DNA of 64,000 nucleotides from an uncultured Chloroflexia bacterium (GCA_963833225.1 CAWHXD010000006.1:192001-256000); one strand, 5' to 3'; shown: positions 10,693-21,775, counted from the first letter of the stretch. The notes: generated from the letters alone by a model not told the origin. Numbers and translations: made by a program.

Positions 10693-11208
10693 GTGTCCTT
10701 CTCCACGAAGGGCGAGTACGGCGTGCGGCTCATGGTTCAGCTCGGGCGGCGGTATGGGGAGGGACCGGCGAGCCTGGCGGAGATCGCCGCGGACGAGGAC
10801 CTGCCGCGCGCGTACCTGGAGCAGCTCGTGACGAGCCTCCGGGATGCGGGTCTGGTCGTCTCCACCCGTGGCGCTCGCGGTGGCTATGAGCTCACGGCAC
10901 CGCCCGCCGAGATCCGGATGAGCGAGGTTCTCCGGGCCCTGGAGGGCCCGATCGCGCCGATGATCTGCGCCTCGGACGAGCCCGACCACGCCTCGTGCGA
11001 ACGCTCGACGCTGTGCACGGTCAACGTGCTCTGGGTCCGGGTCCGCGACGCGATCACCGGCACCCTCGACGGCATGACCCTCGCGGACCTCGTCCCGGTC
11101 CGCCACATCACCCTCCATCCCCGCGTGCCGGCCACGTCCCAGGCCGGCACTGCGATGGGGGATCTCGACCCCGAAACCCCTGCAGCGCTCACAGGAGCCA
11201 CCTCGTGA
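10693..11208 (+). CDS. Rrf2 family Fe-S-responsive regulator (IscR/SufR-like)
   Basis: [14 protein letters not shown]...[18 protein letters not shown], and three Cys ([13 protein letters not shown]). Confidence 0.9.
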   Translation: MSFSTKGEYGVRLMVQLGRRYGEGPASLAEIAADEDLPRAYLEQLVTSLRDAGLVVSTRGARGGYELTAPPAEIRMSEVLRALEGPIAPMICASDEPDHASCERSTLCTVNVLWVRVRDAITGTLDGMTLADLVPVRHITLHPRVPATSQAGTAMGDLDPETPAALTGATS

Positions 11209-12091
11209 CCGACGCCAACGACCGGGAGCTCATCATCCGCGACCTGCGTGTCGCACCGGCCGCCAAGCCGGAGCTCGAGATCCTCAAGGGGATCAACCTG
11301 ACGATCCGCAAGGGCGAGACCCACGCGATCATGGGCCCCAACGGGTCCGGCAAGACGACCCTCTCCTACGCCCTGATGGGCCACCCGGCGTACGTGGTGA
11401 AGAGTGGCTCAGGTCAACTGGAAGGGCTACGACCTGCTCAAGCTGTCGGCCGACAAGCGGGCGCGCCTGGGCCTGTTCCTCGCCTTCCAGTACCCGACCG
11501 CCATCCCGGGCCTCTCGGTCGCCTCGTTCGTCCGCAGCGCGCTCAACGCGAAGCTCCAGGGCATCGACAAGAACCCGGACATCGACCCGACCGACGCGAT
11601 CAAGGGCGGCGTCTCGATGATCGACTTCCGCAAGCGGATGCGCGCCAAGATGGCGCTGCTGAGCATGGACGATGGGTTCGCCGCCCGGTACGTCAACGAC
11701 GGGTTCTCGGGCGGCGAGAAGAAGCGGCTCGAGATGCTCCAGATGGCGATGCTGGAGCCGGAGTTCGCGATCCTCGACGAGACGGACTCGGGGCTTGACA
11801 TCGACGCTCTGCGCATCGTCGCCGAGGGTGTCAACGCCCAGCTCAACCCCGAGATGGGCGTGCTGCTGATCACCCACTACCAGCGGCTGCTCAACTACAT
11901 CACGCCGGACGTCGTGCATGTCCTCGCCGAGGGCCGATCGTGACCTCGGGCGGCAAGGACCTCGCGCTGCGCCTGGAGGACGAGGGGTACGGCCCGATCC
12001 TCCGCGAGAACGGCATGGACATCAACGTCCCGGACGAGGCCCTACCCTCCCCCGTGAGCCCGAGGGCGGCGCCGGCCGGAGACGCCGGTAG
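11205..12091 (+). CDS. sufC: Fe-S assembly ATPase SufC (frameshifted; 3' end approximate)
   Basis: [48 protein letters not shown] and LITHYQRLL across three frames. Confidence 0.9.
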
Positions 12092-12117
12092 CCACTGCCA
12101 GCGAGAGCGAGCACCCC

Positions 12118-13372
12118 ATGACCACCGAGACGCGCCCGGCCCCGACCCCGCTCGACCCGGCCGCGCTGCGGGCCGACTTCCCGATCCTTGACCAGGAGGT
12201 CAACGGGCACCGGCTGGTCTACCTCGATCGGCCGCCACGTCGCAGAAGCCGACGCCCGTCCTGGAGGCGATGGATGGCTACTACCGGCACGACAACGCGA
12301 ACGTGCACCGCGGGATCTACGCGCTGTCCGAGCGCGCGACGGCGGCCTACGAGGGCGCCCGCGAGAAGGTCGCCCGCCTGATCGGCGTGGCCGACCCGCG
12401 GACGATCGTGTGGACGCGCAACGCCACCGAATCCATCAACCTCGTGGCCTACGCGTGGGGCCGGCGGAACATCGGTCGCGGCGACGTGATCGTGCTGACC
12501 GAGATGGAGCACCACGCGAACCTCGTCCCGTGGCAGGTCCTGGCCCAGGAGAAGGACGCCGACCTGGAGTTCATCCCGATCACCGATGACGGGATCCTGC
12601 GCCAGGACGTGTTCGAGGTCCTGCTCCGCCTGAAGCCCAAGATGGTCGCGTTCACCCACGTCTCGAACACGCTGGGCACGATCAACCCCGTCGCGGAGAT
12701 GACCCGCAAGGCCCACGAGGCCGGGGCGCTCGTGCTGATCGACGGCGCCCAGGCCGTGCCGCACCTCCCGGTGGACGTGGCCGCCATCGGCTGCGACTTC
12801 TACGTGTTCTCAGGCCACAAGGCGCTGGGTCCCACCGGCTCGGGCGTCGCTCTGGGGCCGCCGCGAGCTGCTGGAGGCGATGCCGCCGTTCATGGGTGGC
12901 GGCGACATGATCCGCGAGGTCCACCTCCGGCGCTCCGAGTGGAACGACATCCCGTGGAAGTTCGAGGCCGGGACCCCGGACATCTCGGCGCAGATCGGTC
13001 TGGGTGCGGCAGCGGACTACCTGCTCGCGCTGGGCATGGACCGGTTCGCGATCACGAGGCCGACCTGGTCGCCTACGCGCTGGACGTCCTCGCCCGCGAG
13101 GTCCCGGGCATCGAGATCTACGGCCCGGCCGCGGAGCTGCGCGGCGGGGTGGTCTCGTTCAACCTGCCCGGGATCCATCCCCACGACGTGGCCCAGGTGC
13201 TGGAGGCTCCGGCGTGGCGATCCGCGCCGGTCATCACTGCACGATGCCGCTCCACGAGCGCCTGGACCTCTCTGCCACCGCCCGCGCCTCGTTCCAGTGC
13301 TACACGACGCACGAGGACATCGACGCCCTGGCGGTCGGCCTGCAGGAGGTCCAGCGCCTCTTCGGGGGGTGA
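12118..13372 (+). CDS. sufS: Cysteine desulfurase SufS (frameshifted)
   Basis: RADFPIL, LVYLD, NANVHRG, EMEHHANLVPW, DGAQAVPH, FSGHK (PLP Lys), KFEAGTP and IRAGHHCT (catalytic Cys). Confidence 0.92.
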
Positions 13373-13387
13373 CCGCGCGCCTGACAT

Positions 13388-14778
13388 TCAGTCCAGCCTG
13401 AACACCCTGGCGCGCGAGCTCGGCCCGCACCTTCCCGACGTCAAGGCCGTCGAACGGCCGGCCCTCGCGGATCGAGACGGCCGCGGCCACCCCGGCGCCC
13501 TGGCCGCTGACCGTGCAGCACATCATCGAGCGCACCGCGGCATGGCTGATCTTGTCGCCCCCGATCGACCGCCCGGCGACCAGGAGGTTCCGCACGCCTT
13601 TCGGGCACGAGCGAGCGGTACGGCACGTGGAAATAGCGGCCGGTCGTCGGCAGGATCAGCACGCCGTAGCCGTCGATGAACTCCGGGAAGATCCCGATCG
13701 AGTCCTCGAAGCGCGCCTCGCCCCGCACGTCGTCGGCGGTCAGGTTGTAGAGCGCGTCGATCTTGCGCGTGTCGCGCAGGCCGACGGTCATCCCGAAGTT
13801 GCGCAGCCTCGCGTCCTCGCAGCCGGGCATGAACTCCGCAGCGCCTCGATCGCGTGCATCGCCTGCCTGCGGCCCTCGATCTCGGCCCGGGTGAGGTCGT
13901 CGGCGTCGGTCCCGTCGATCCCGCCCATGTGGATCAGGTTGAGGTACGTCAGGTCGCCGTTGTCGTGGACCGTGCCGTAGGTGCCGGCCATCGTGATCAG
14001 GCCCGGCGGGATGACGCCCGCCTCGACCGCCTGCTTGAACGGCTTGCGCAGGAAGGGCGAGAACAGCTCGTCCTCCTTGCCCGTGGTCTCGATGTCCCAC
14101 TCGAAGTTGCCGGCCCAGTCTCGATACCGGGCGGGTCGGCCTTGATCGCGTCGATGAACCGGCGCTTGTTGACGCCCGTCATCGAGAACATCACCGACGC
14201 CGAGAGCATCTCCTCCCTGGGCGTCTTGCGGACCGGCGCCCCGGCACCAGGCGGCCACGTCGGCGTCGCCGGTCGCGTCGATCACCCGCCGCGCCAGGAT
14301 CGCCTCGCGGCCGGACTTGCTCTCGGTGATCACGCCGCGCAGCACGCCGTCTTCGAGGATGGGCGCCACGAACGTCCGGTGGAGCATCGGCGTGATGCCG
14401 GCTTCCTCGACCAGCGCGTCCGCGACCACCTTGAAGCGCTCGGCGTCGAACGCCTGGCTGATCGACTGCGACTCGTCGGACGAGGCGCCCGCAGCCCGCG
14501 CCCGCGCCTCGATCTCGGTGCCGATGCCCACGCTGTCGACCGTCTGCTCGTGGCGGTACCAGGCGAAGCTCTCGACGCCGACCGCGGTGATGTTGCCGCC
14601 GAAGCAGCCGAAGCGCTCGAGGAGCGTGGTCTGGACCCCGGCCCGTGCCGCTCCCAGCGCGGCACCCAGGCCGCCGGGGCCGCTGCCGACGACGAGGACG
14701 TCCGTCTCGTGGATCACGTCGATCTCCCGGGCGGGCTCCGTGACCCGGCCGGGGGACGGAGGCGCGCGGCGTGGTCAT
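13388..14778 (-). CDS. FAD-dependent oxidoreductase (FAD_oxidored type), frameshifted
   Basis: DVLVVGSGPGGLGAALGAARAG, IDATGDADVA, VGLRDTRKI, FHVPYRSLVP, NLLVAGRSI and MCCTVSGQGAGVAAA. Confidence 0.85.
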
Positions 14779-14821
14779 GGAGAACTCGATTCGGGCAGGG
14801 GGCGAGCGCCGCGGGTGGCCG

Positions 14822-15896
14822 TCAGTCGGAGGTGGCGAACACCGGGGGCGGGCACGACGCCGACTGACGGCGGCCCCGCCGGGGTGCAGGCCGACCGAGT
14901 CCGCGGCCGCCATCTGCGCCACGACGATCGTTCCGTCCCTCAGGGCCACCTGCGCCCGGCACAGCGGAGCCGAGGAAGCTGACGGCGAGCACGCGCGCCG
15001 TGCCATCCGCGGCCGGTGTCAGGTGGACGGTTCTCGGGGCGGACCAGGGCGGTCACCGGGCCGCGGTCCGCGGACCCCGGCAGCAGCTCGATGCGCGTGC
15101 CGAGCACCTCGACCGGCGCCCGTCGGCGGTGCCCTCGATGCGGTTGGTCAGGCCCACGAACTCGGCGACGAACCTGGTCCTGCGGGCGGTCGTACAGCTC
15201 GGCCGGGGCGGCGATCTGCTCGAGACGGCCGGCGGACATGACGCCCACCCGGTCGCCCATCGCGAGCGCCTCCTCCTGGTCGTGGGTGACGAACAGGGTG
15301 GTGATGCCGACCATGATCTGGATGCGCCGGATCTCCTCGCGGAGTTGGCGGCGGACCTTGGCGTCGAGCGCCGACAGGGGCTCGTCGAGGAGCAGCACGC
15401 TGGGCTCGATGGCGAGCGCCCGCGCCAGTGCCACGCGCTGCTGCTGGCCGCCCGACATCTGGTGCGGGTAGCGATCCGCCTGCGCTGCGAGCCCGACCAA
15501 GTCGAGCGTTTCCTCGGCCTTCTTGCGGCGTGCTGTGCCGTCCACGCCGCGAAGGCGCAGGCCATAGGCCACGTTGTCGCGGGCGGTCATGTTGGGGAAC
15601 AGGCTGTAGGCCTGGAACACGATCCCCATGTTCCGCTTGTTGGCGGGCACGCCGGTGATGTCCTCGCCGTCCACCAGGATTCGGCCGTGGTCCACTTCGT
15701 CCAGGCCGCCGAGGGCGCGGAGCGCGGTGGTCTTGCCGCAGCCGGACGGGCCGAGCAGGGCGATCAGCTCGCCGGGGGCGATGTCGATGGACAGGCCCTG
15801 GAGTGCGTGCACGGGGCCGTACCAGCGGTGCAGCTCCTCGAACACGACGGCGACGCCGTGACCGGCCTCGGAGGTGCTGGGGCTCGGGGTGGTCAT
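14822..15896 (-). CDS. ABC transporter ATP-binding protein (PotA/CysA-like, TOBE domain), frameshifts at 3' end
   Basis: GPSGCGKTT, MSGGQQQRVALARAL, LLLDEPLSALD and FVTHDQEEAL. Confidence 0.9.
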
Positions 15897-16807
15897 GCGT
15901 TGGGCTCCTCGACGGCTCGCTGGGCGCGCGAACCGGCGCCGGGGGCGAAGCGAGAGATGACGAACAGGAGGGCGAAGGCGAACACCAGGGCGGCCAGCGA
16001 CACGGCGACCGAGATGAACGGATCGCGCTTGCCGAGCAGGTAGATCACCACCTGGATGGTGTTGAACGCGAGCAGCGAGGAGATCGTGTACTCGCCCAGC
16101 ACCAGGGCGATGGCGAGGACCGAGGCCGACAGGATGCCGCCGCGGATGTTGGGGACGATCACCTGGAAGATCGTCCGAGGCCAGCCGGCGCCCAGGCTGC
16201 GGGCGGCGTCGGCCAGCGTGGCGGTGTCGATCGCCCGGAGCGCCGCGTCGATCGCCCGGTACGAATACGGAAGCACGAGGATGATGTCGATGAAGGCAAG
16301 CGTGAGCGCGGACGCGCCGACCCCGCCGAGGTTCTGGCCCATCCAGCGGTAGATGGGGGCGATGCCCACCACGATCACGATCGCAGGAATGGCGAGCGGG
16401 AGCAGGCACAGGAACTCGACCACTCTGCGCATGCGCGGCACGCGGACCACGGTCCAGACCATCGTGGGGACCAGCAGGATCAGCATCCCGAACACCGTGA
16501 GCGCCGCGATCTCGAGCGAGGTCGCGATGCTCGACACGAGGTCCTCGTTGCCGAGGATCGCCGCGAACGAGTCGAGCGTTCGGGCGTAGGTCGAGGTCGC
16601 CCGGTCGAAGTCGCCGCGGGTGGAGAACTCGAGCATCGCGAGCAGCGGCACGATCAGGTAGCCGAGCACGATGATCAGGACCACGATCCTCGTGACTCGC
16701 TGGCCCAAGGGAGCTCGGCGCCCCCTGCCGGCGCCTTTGGGGCGGCTGATCATGGCGCCGCCCTCAGGGGCCGCAGCGCCTAGAGAGGTCGGTGTGGACG
16801 CGGTCAT
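15893..16807 (-). CDS. ABC transporter permease (PotC-like)
   Basis: Hydrophobic, EAA-like loop LADAARSLGAG; ATGA overlaps with neighbours. Confidence 0.88.
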   Translation of the reverse strand: MTASTPTSLGAAAPEGGAMISRPKGAGRGRRAPLGQRVTRIVVLIIVLGYLIVPLLAMLEFSTRGDFDRATSTYARTLDSFAAILGNEDLVSSIATSLEIAALTVFGMLILLVPTMVWTVVRVPRMRRVVEFLCLLPLAIPAIVIVVGIAPIYRWMGQNLGGVGASALTLAFIDIILVLPYSYRAIDAALRAIDTATLADAARSLGAGWPRTIFQVIVPNIRGGILSASVLAIALVLGEYTISSLLAFNTIQVVIYLLGKRDPFISVAVSLAALVFAFALLFVISRFAPGAGSRAQRAVEEPNA

Positions 16808-17733
16808 TTCACCCACCTCGAGGCGCGCCGCTGGATCCAGGCGTAGACGAGCATCACGAACGAGACGACCACGATCATCGCCAGCGCCAGCGCCTTGCCG
16901 ACGTTCTCCTGGCCGAGCACGACCTCGCTCGTCATCTGGTTCGCGATCTGGAGGGTGATGATGGGGGCGCCCTGGCTGATCAGCGCAGCCGCGGTCGCGT
17001 ACGCCGAGAAGGCGTTGGTAAACAGCAGCAGCAGCGCGCCCAGGAAGCTCGGGGCGAGAATCGGGCCGCCCACGTGCCGCCAGAACGACCAGGAGCCGCC
17101 GCCCAGGCTGGCCGACGCGTCGTACCACTCCTGTCGCAGCCCGTCGAGCGAGGGCAGGAACACGATCAGCATGAGCGGGATCTGGAAGTAGGTGTAGACC
17201 ACCGCCAAACCGGTCAGGCTGTACAGCCACGACATGTCGAGCTGCATGCCGAGGTTGTTCTTGATGATGACGGTGACCAGGCCGTTGAAGCCGAAGGTCG
17301 CGAGGAACGCGAAGGCGAGCATGACGCCGCCGAACTGGGCAAGCACGCCCGAAGCGGCGATCACCATCTGGCGAAGGAGTCCGTTCGGATCGCCCCGGGC
17401 CACCGCCCACGAGAGCAGCCCGCCGAAGACGGCGCCCAGGATCGCGGTGATCACCGCAAGCTGGAGGGCCTTCACCATCGAATCGATGAATACGTCCGTG
17501 GTGAAGATCGCCTGGATGTTCTCAAGGGTGAACGATCCGTCGCTGGTCATCAACGCACCGACGGTGACGATGAGGGTCGGGAGCAGGAGGAACAGCCCGA
17601 CATAGGCGTGGAAGGGGATGAGGGCGAGGTAGTTCCCCGCCCCCTTGAAACGGCTGGTGTCGGCCCCACGCGGTGTGGGACCGACACCAGCGGACGAGGG
17701 GGACTCTGGCATGGAGGCCGCTGGTTCGGTCAT
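16804..17733 (-). CDS. ABC transporter permease (PotB-like)
   Basis: Six TM segments and the EAA-like loop WYDASASLGG. Confidence 0.88.
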   Translation of the reverse strand: MTEPAASMPESPSSAGVGPTPRGADTSRFKGAGNYLALIPFHAYVGLFLLLPTLIVTVGALMTSDGSFTLENIQAIFTTDVFIDSMVKALQLAVITAILGAVFGGLLSWAVARGDPNGLLRQMVIAASGVLAQFGGVMLAFAFLATFGFNGLVTVIIKNNLGMQLDMSWLYSLTGLAVVYTYFQIPLMLIVFLPSLDGLRQEWYDASASLGGGSWSFWRHVGGPILAPSFLGALLLLFTNAFSAYATAAALISQGAPIITLQIANQMTSEVVLGQENVGKALALAMIVVVSFVMLVYAWIQRRASRWVK

Positions 17734-17764
17734 GCGAGCCCCTCCTCTGTCAACGCTCAGTTGG

Positions 17765-18946
17765 CTACGGGATCGAGATGAACTTCCAGTTGTCCGTGAG
17801 GTACGTCTTCGCGGCCTCGGTCTGGGCATCCGTCAGGATGACGGGTGCGGTCGAGGGCGGGTTGAGCGCGGCGGCGGCTGCCTGGTCGATCGTTCCGGCC
17901 GTCGTCATCGCGGCAGACCGGACCGGCAGGGCGAAGCCCTTGAGGAACGTGTTCTGGCCGGCGTCGGAGAAGAGGTACTCCTGCCAGCAGCGAGCGGCCG
18001 CCGGGTGCGCCGCGTCCTTGTTGATCGTGGCGTTGTAGAAGGCGCCGACGGGCGGCGCGTCCGTCGGGATGACGGTCGTCCAGGTGATGCCCTTGGGCTC
18101 CAGGGAGGTGGCCAGCGGGCCGTTGTTGTAGCCCCAGTCGATGACGATCGGGGTCTGGCCCGACGCGATCGTCGCCGGGGTCGGGTCGACCGGCAGCAGG
18201 TTGCCCATGTCGGAGAGCGTCTTGAAGAAGTCAACGCCTGGGGCGATGTCGTCAGCCGAGCCGCCGTTGGCCAGCGCAGCCATCACGACGCCGTTGAAGC
18301 CCGCAGAGGCCTTGAGCGGATCGCCGTTGAGGCCGACCTTGCCCTTGTACTTCGGATCAGCGAGATCGGCGACCTTGGTGATCGTCCCAATGCTGGTGTC
18401 GTAGCCGATCGACATGAAGCCCATGTAGTTGTTGGTCCAGACGCCGTTCGGGTCCTTGTTCCCGTCCGGGATGTCTGCCCACGTCGCGACCTGATACGGC
18501 GCATACATGCCGGTGTTGGCGAGCATGACGGCCGTCCCGAGGTCGAACGTGTCGGGCTGGCGGCCGGTGCCGGCCAGCTGGTTGGCAGCGTCGATCTCCT
18601 GCTGGCTGTTGGCGTCGGGCTGGGCCGAGTTGACCTTGATCCCGTACTTGGTCTGGAAGTCAGTGATCATCTGGCCGTAGTTCGCCCACTCGGGCGGCAG
18701 CGCGATGACGTTGAGCTCGCCCTCGGCCTTGCCGGCGGCGCAGACGGCGTCGACGCCGCCGTCACCAGCGGAGGTGGCGGTCGACCAGTCAACCGCCGCG
18801 GCGGTGGGCTCGGTGGTGGACGCGGTGGTGGGGGCGGTGGTGGGGGCGGTCGTCGGTGCCGACGTGGCACCCGACCCGCCGCAGGCGGCTACCGCGATGA
18901 CGGTGACCGCCAGCGCTGCAATGATCCTGGGTTTCATCGAGTTCAC
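17765..18946 (-). CDS. ABC substrate-binding lipoprotein (polyamine/Fe/thiamine cluster)
   Basis: Lipobox AVAAC, a PTTA-repeat linker, and EGELNVIALPPEWANYG. Confidence 0.88.
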   Translation of the reverse strand: MNSMKPRIIAALAVTVIAVAACGGSGATSAPTTAPTTAPTTASTTEPTAAAVDWSTATSAGDGGVDAVCAAGKAEGELNVIALPPEWANYGQMITDFQTKYGIKVNSAQPDANSQQEIDAANQLAGTGRQPDTFDLGTAVMLANTGMYAPYQVATWADIPDGNKDPNGVWTNNYMGFMSIGYDTSIGTITKVADLADPKYKGKVGLNGDPLKASAGFNGVVMAALANGGSADDIAPGVDFFKTLSDMGNLLPVDPTPATIASGQTPIVIDWGYNNGPLATSLEPKGITWTTVIPTDAPPVGAFYNATINKDAAHPAAARCWQEYLFSDAGQNTFLKGFALPVRSAAMTTAGTIDQAAAAALNPPSTAPVILTDAQTEAAKTYLTDNWKFISIP

Positions 18947-19173
18947 TCGTTCTCCTCCAATGACCGGTGCTCAACGAGTCCCGGTCGTAAGTCCCGCAAC
19001 TCGGGCGATCTGTGCTTCGGATCCGGCCAATGCCGCGCCCGAACGTTGCAAATCGGAGTCTACCTCCCTGCTTCGGGCCGGTGTTCGCCCGTGCCAGCCG
19101 GTGATCTCATTGCTACCCCCCAATTCGAGTCCTCCGGTCGGGATTGGGATGCCGCGCTACACTCGCCGAACCG

Positions 19174-19569
19174 ATGGACGATCTGTACCGCGACTACATC
19201 CTCGAGCACTACCGCAGGCCCCACAACTTCAGGGTCCTCGAGGCACCCTCGGCATCCTTCGAGGGATCCAACCCCCTGTGTGGTGACCGGATCACGATGC
19301 AGCTGACCATCAAGGACGGCATCGTGTCCGAGGTGGGGTTCACGGGCCGCGGCTGCGCCATCAGCCAGGCGTCGGCCTCGCTGCTGACCGACGAGATCAA
19401 GGGCAAGCCCGTGGAGGACGTCGCCGGGTTCGCCGCCGTGGACCTGCTGGACCTGCTCGGGATCGACATCAGCCCCGCCCGCCTCAAGTGCGCCATGCTC
19501 TCGTTCGAGTCGCTCCAGCACCTGCTCGACGAGACGGGCGTCAAGCCACTTGCCGGGGACGCGGTCTAG
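19174..19569 (+). CDS. sufU: SufU Fe-S assembly sulfur-transfer protein
   Basis: MDDLYRDYILEHYRRPHN, NPLCGD, GCAISQASAS and RLKCA; TACACT -10 hexamer at 19158-19163 just upstream. Confidence 0.92.
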   Translation: MDDLYRDYILEHYRRPHNFRVLEAPSASFEGSNPLCGDRITMQLTIKDGIVSEVGFTGRGCAISQASASLLTDEIKGKPVEDVAGFAAVDLLDLLGIDISPARLKCAMLSFESLQHLLDETGVKPLAGDAV

Positions 19570-19627
19570 CACCGCCACCGTCCGTCCGCCGTTCCGGCGG
19601 CCCGTCGTCGCACCGGAGCCTGACGCC

Positions 19628-20839
19628 ATGTCGAAGACCTACGACGAGCTCCTTCGCCAGGCCCGGAGCGAGATCCGGGAGGTCACGCCGGCGGAGGCGG
19701 ACGCGGCCCGGCAGCGGGGTGGCACGGCGCTCATCGACGTCCGCGAGGCATCCGAGTGGGAGCAGGGTCACGTCCCGGGTGCGCGGCTTGTCGCCAAGAG
19801 CCACGTCGAGCAGGACATCGAGGCGGCGGTTCCCGACCACGCGACGCCCATCGTGCTGTACTGCGCCGCCGGGGTCCGCTCGCTGTTCGTGGCCCAGACG
19901 CTCCAGGCGATGGGCTACCACGACGTCGCATCCATGGCCGGCGGCTTCGACGCCTGGAAGCGCCAGGGCCTGGAGTGGTCGCAGCCGCGCGGCCTCACCG
20001 ACACGCAGCGGCAGCGCTACAGCCGTCATCTCCTCATCCCGGAGGTCGGGTCCGATGGGCAGGCGAAGCTCCTCGGCGCGCGCGTGCTGCTCATCGGCGC
20101 CGGTGGCCTCGGGTCGCCGGCCGCCCTGTACCTCGCGGCAGCTGGCACCGGGACGATCGGGATCGTCGACTTCGACGTCGTTGACTTGTCCAACCTCCAG
20201 CGCCAGGTCCTCCACACCAGCGACCGCGTGGGTGAGAAGAAGGTCGACAGCGCACGGCGGACGCTCAACGCGCTCAACCCCGACGTCACGGTGGTCGCGC
20301 ACGACGAGATGCTGGTGGCGGGCAACGTCGAGCGGATCATCGCCGGCTACGACGTCATCCTCGACGGCACCGACACCTTCGAGACGCGCTACGTCGTCAA
20401 CGACGCGGCGGTCGCGGCCGGGATCCCGGTGGTTCACGCGAGCGTGTTCCGGTTCGAGGGCCAGCTGACGACGTTCATCCCCTACGAAGGGCCCTGCTAT
20501 CGCTGCCTGTACCCGACGCCGCCCCCGCCGGAGCTCGCGCCCGGCTGCTCGGTGGCCGGGGTGCTTGGGGTGGTCCCCGGGATCATGGGCCTGCTCCAGG
20601 CGAACGAGGTGCTGAAGCTCCTGCTCGGGCTCGGCACCACCCTGTCCGGGCGGCTCGTCCTGTTCGATGCCCTGGAGACGGAGTTCACCGAGCTCCACCT
20701 GCGCCGCGATCCCGCCTGCCCGGTCTGCTCCGACGAGGCGCGCGCCGCCCGCGCGGCCGGCCAGCCGCTGCCGGTCCTCGGCAGCGAGGCGGCCGCGTCC
20801 GGCGAGACGGGCGTGTTCACGCTGGGCGGGCCGCGTTGA
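19628..20839 (+). CDS. moeB: Rhodanese-MoeB (MoeZ-like) adenylyltransferase/sulfurtransferase
   Basis: N-terminal rhodanese (DVREASEW..GHVPGA, LYCAAGVRS), then RYSRHLLIPEVG, GAGGLGS, LSNLQRQ, CYRC and CPVC. Confidence 0.9.
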   Translation: MSKTYDELLRQARSEIREVTPAEADAARQRGGTALIDVREASEWEQGHVPGARLVAKSHVEQDIEAAVPDHATPIVLYCAAGVRSLFVAQTLQAMGYHDVASMAGGFDAWKRQGLEWSQPRGLTDTQRQRYSRHLLIPEVGSDGQAKLLGARVLLIGAGGLGSPAALYLAAAGTGTIGIVDFDVVDLSNLQRQVLHTSDRVGEKKVDSARRTLNALNPDVTVVAHDEMLVAGNVERIIAGYDVILDGTDTFETRYVVNDAAVAAGIPVVHASVFRFEGQLTTFIPYEGPCYRCLYPTPPPPELAPGCSVAGVLGVVPGIMGLLQANEVLKLLLGLGTTLSGRLVLFDALETEFTELHLRRDPACPVCSDEARAARAAGQPLPVLGSEAAASGETGVFTLGGPR

Positions 20840-21270
20840 GCGTGGGTCATCCCGGGCCGCGAGCGGTGCGACTGACCCCGGCCATCGTGGGCGCCATCAT
20901 CGACCAGGCACGCGCCGAGGCCCCGCTCGAGGCCTGCGGGCTGGTCATCGGCTCCCGTGAGGCGGCCGATGGCGGCGAGGCGCTGCGGTACGTGCCTTGC
21001 CGCAACGAGCTTGCCTCGCCCGTCCGCTACTCGGTGCATCCCGACGACCTGTACCGGGTCACCGTGGATGCGGACGATGCCGGCGAGGTCATCTGGGGCA
21101 TCGCCCACTCGCACCCCAGGTCGCCCGCCATCCCGTCGCTCACCGACATTGGTCGCGCGTTCTACCCGGCCACCCTGTACATCCTCGTCTCGCTGTCGGA
21201 CGAGCCGGCGCTCCGCGCCTGGCGGATCGTCGACGGCGTGCGGCACGAGGTTGCGCTGGAGGTCGCATGA
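20836..21270 (+). CDS. JAMM/M67 metallopeptidase (Mec-like)
   Basis: PLEACGL and the JAMM motif HSHPRSPAIPSLTD. Confidence 0.88.
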   Translation: MSVGHPGPRAVRLTPAIVGAIIDQARAEAPLEACGLVIGSREAADGGEALRYVPCRNELASPVRYSVHPDDLYRVTVDADDAGEVIWGIAHSHPRSPAIPSLTDIGRAFYPATLYILVSLSDEPALRAWRIVDGVRHEVALEVA

Positions 21271-21692
21271 ACGGGAACGGGCTTGATCGCGGCCGGCTCG
21301 CATGGCTGCTGGCGGGGGCCGCCGCCCTGCTGGGCGGCACGGCGCTCGGCTGGAACGGCGACCTGCTGGCGGCCATCGCCACCCCACCGTCCGTCGTCCG
21401 CGCGGCGCTGGTCGGGATCAGCGTCGTGGGCGCCCTGTGGTGCCTGGTCGAAGCGGTTCGCCGCCTGGAGGCCGGCCGCCACCTGGCGTCGGCCGGGCTG
21501 ACGGGACGTGACCTCGCCACGCTCGTGCGTGGCGTTCGCTTCGTGTTCCTGGCGGTCGCCGCGCTGTCCGCGGCGGCAGGCTGGCTGGTGGGCCACCCGC
21601 TCCCGTTCGTCGTGGCGCTCGTGATCGCGGGCGTGGACATTCTCGAGACGACGTTCCTGCTGGTGGTGGTCGCCCTGCGCCGCGAGGGATGA
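21267..21692 (+). CDS. Hypothetical membrane protein (about 4 TM)
   Basis: ATGA overlap with the JAMM gene; hydrophobic 141 aa beginning MNGNGLD. Confidence 0.7.
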   Translation: MNGNGLDRGRLAWLLAGAAALLGGTALGWNGDLLAAIATPPSVVRAALVGISVVGALWCLVEAVRRLEAGRHLASAGLTGRDLATLVRGVRFVFLAVAALSAAAGWLVGHPLPFVVALVIAGVDILETTFLLVVVALRREG

Positions 21693-21775
21693 GGGCCGCC
21701 TCGAGGGTTGAGTCGCGCATTTGGGCCCTCGGGGGAGCGAGCGTACTGTAGTGGCGTTCGTACCAGGGAGGCCCC

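Noticed and set aside
18800-18860. Short tandem GGTGGTGGGGGC repeats (similar repeats at 35390-35430)
   Set aside because: They encode Pro/Thr-rich protein linkers; not CRISPR or regulatory repeats.
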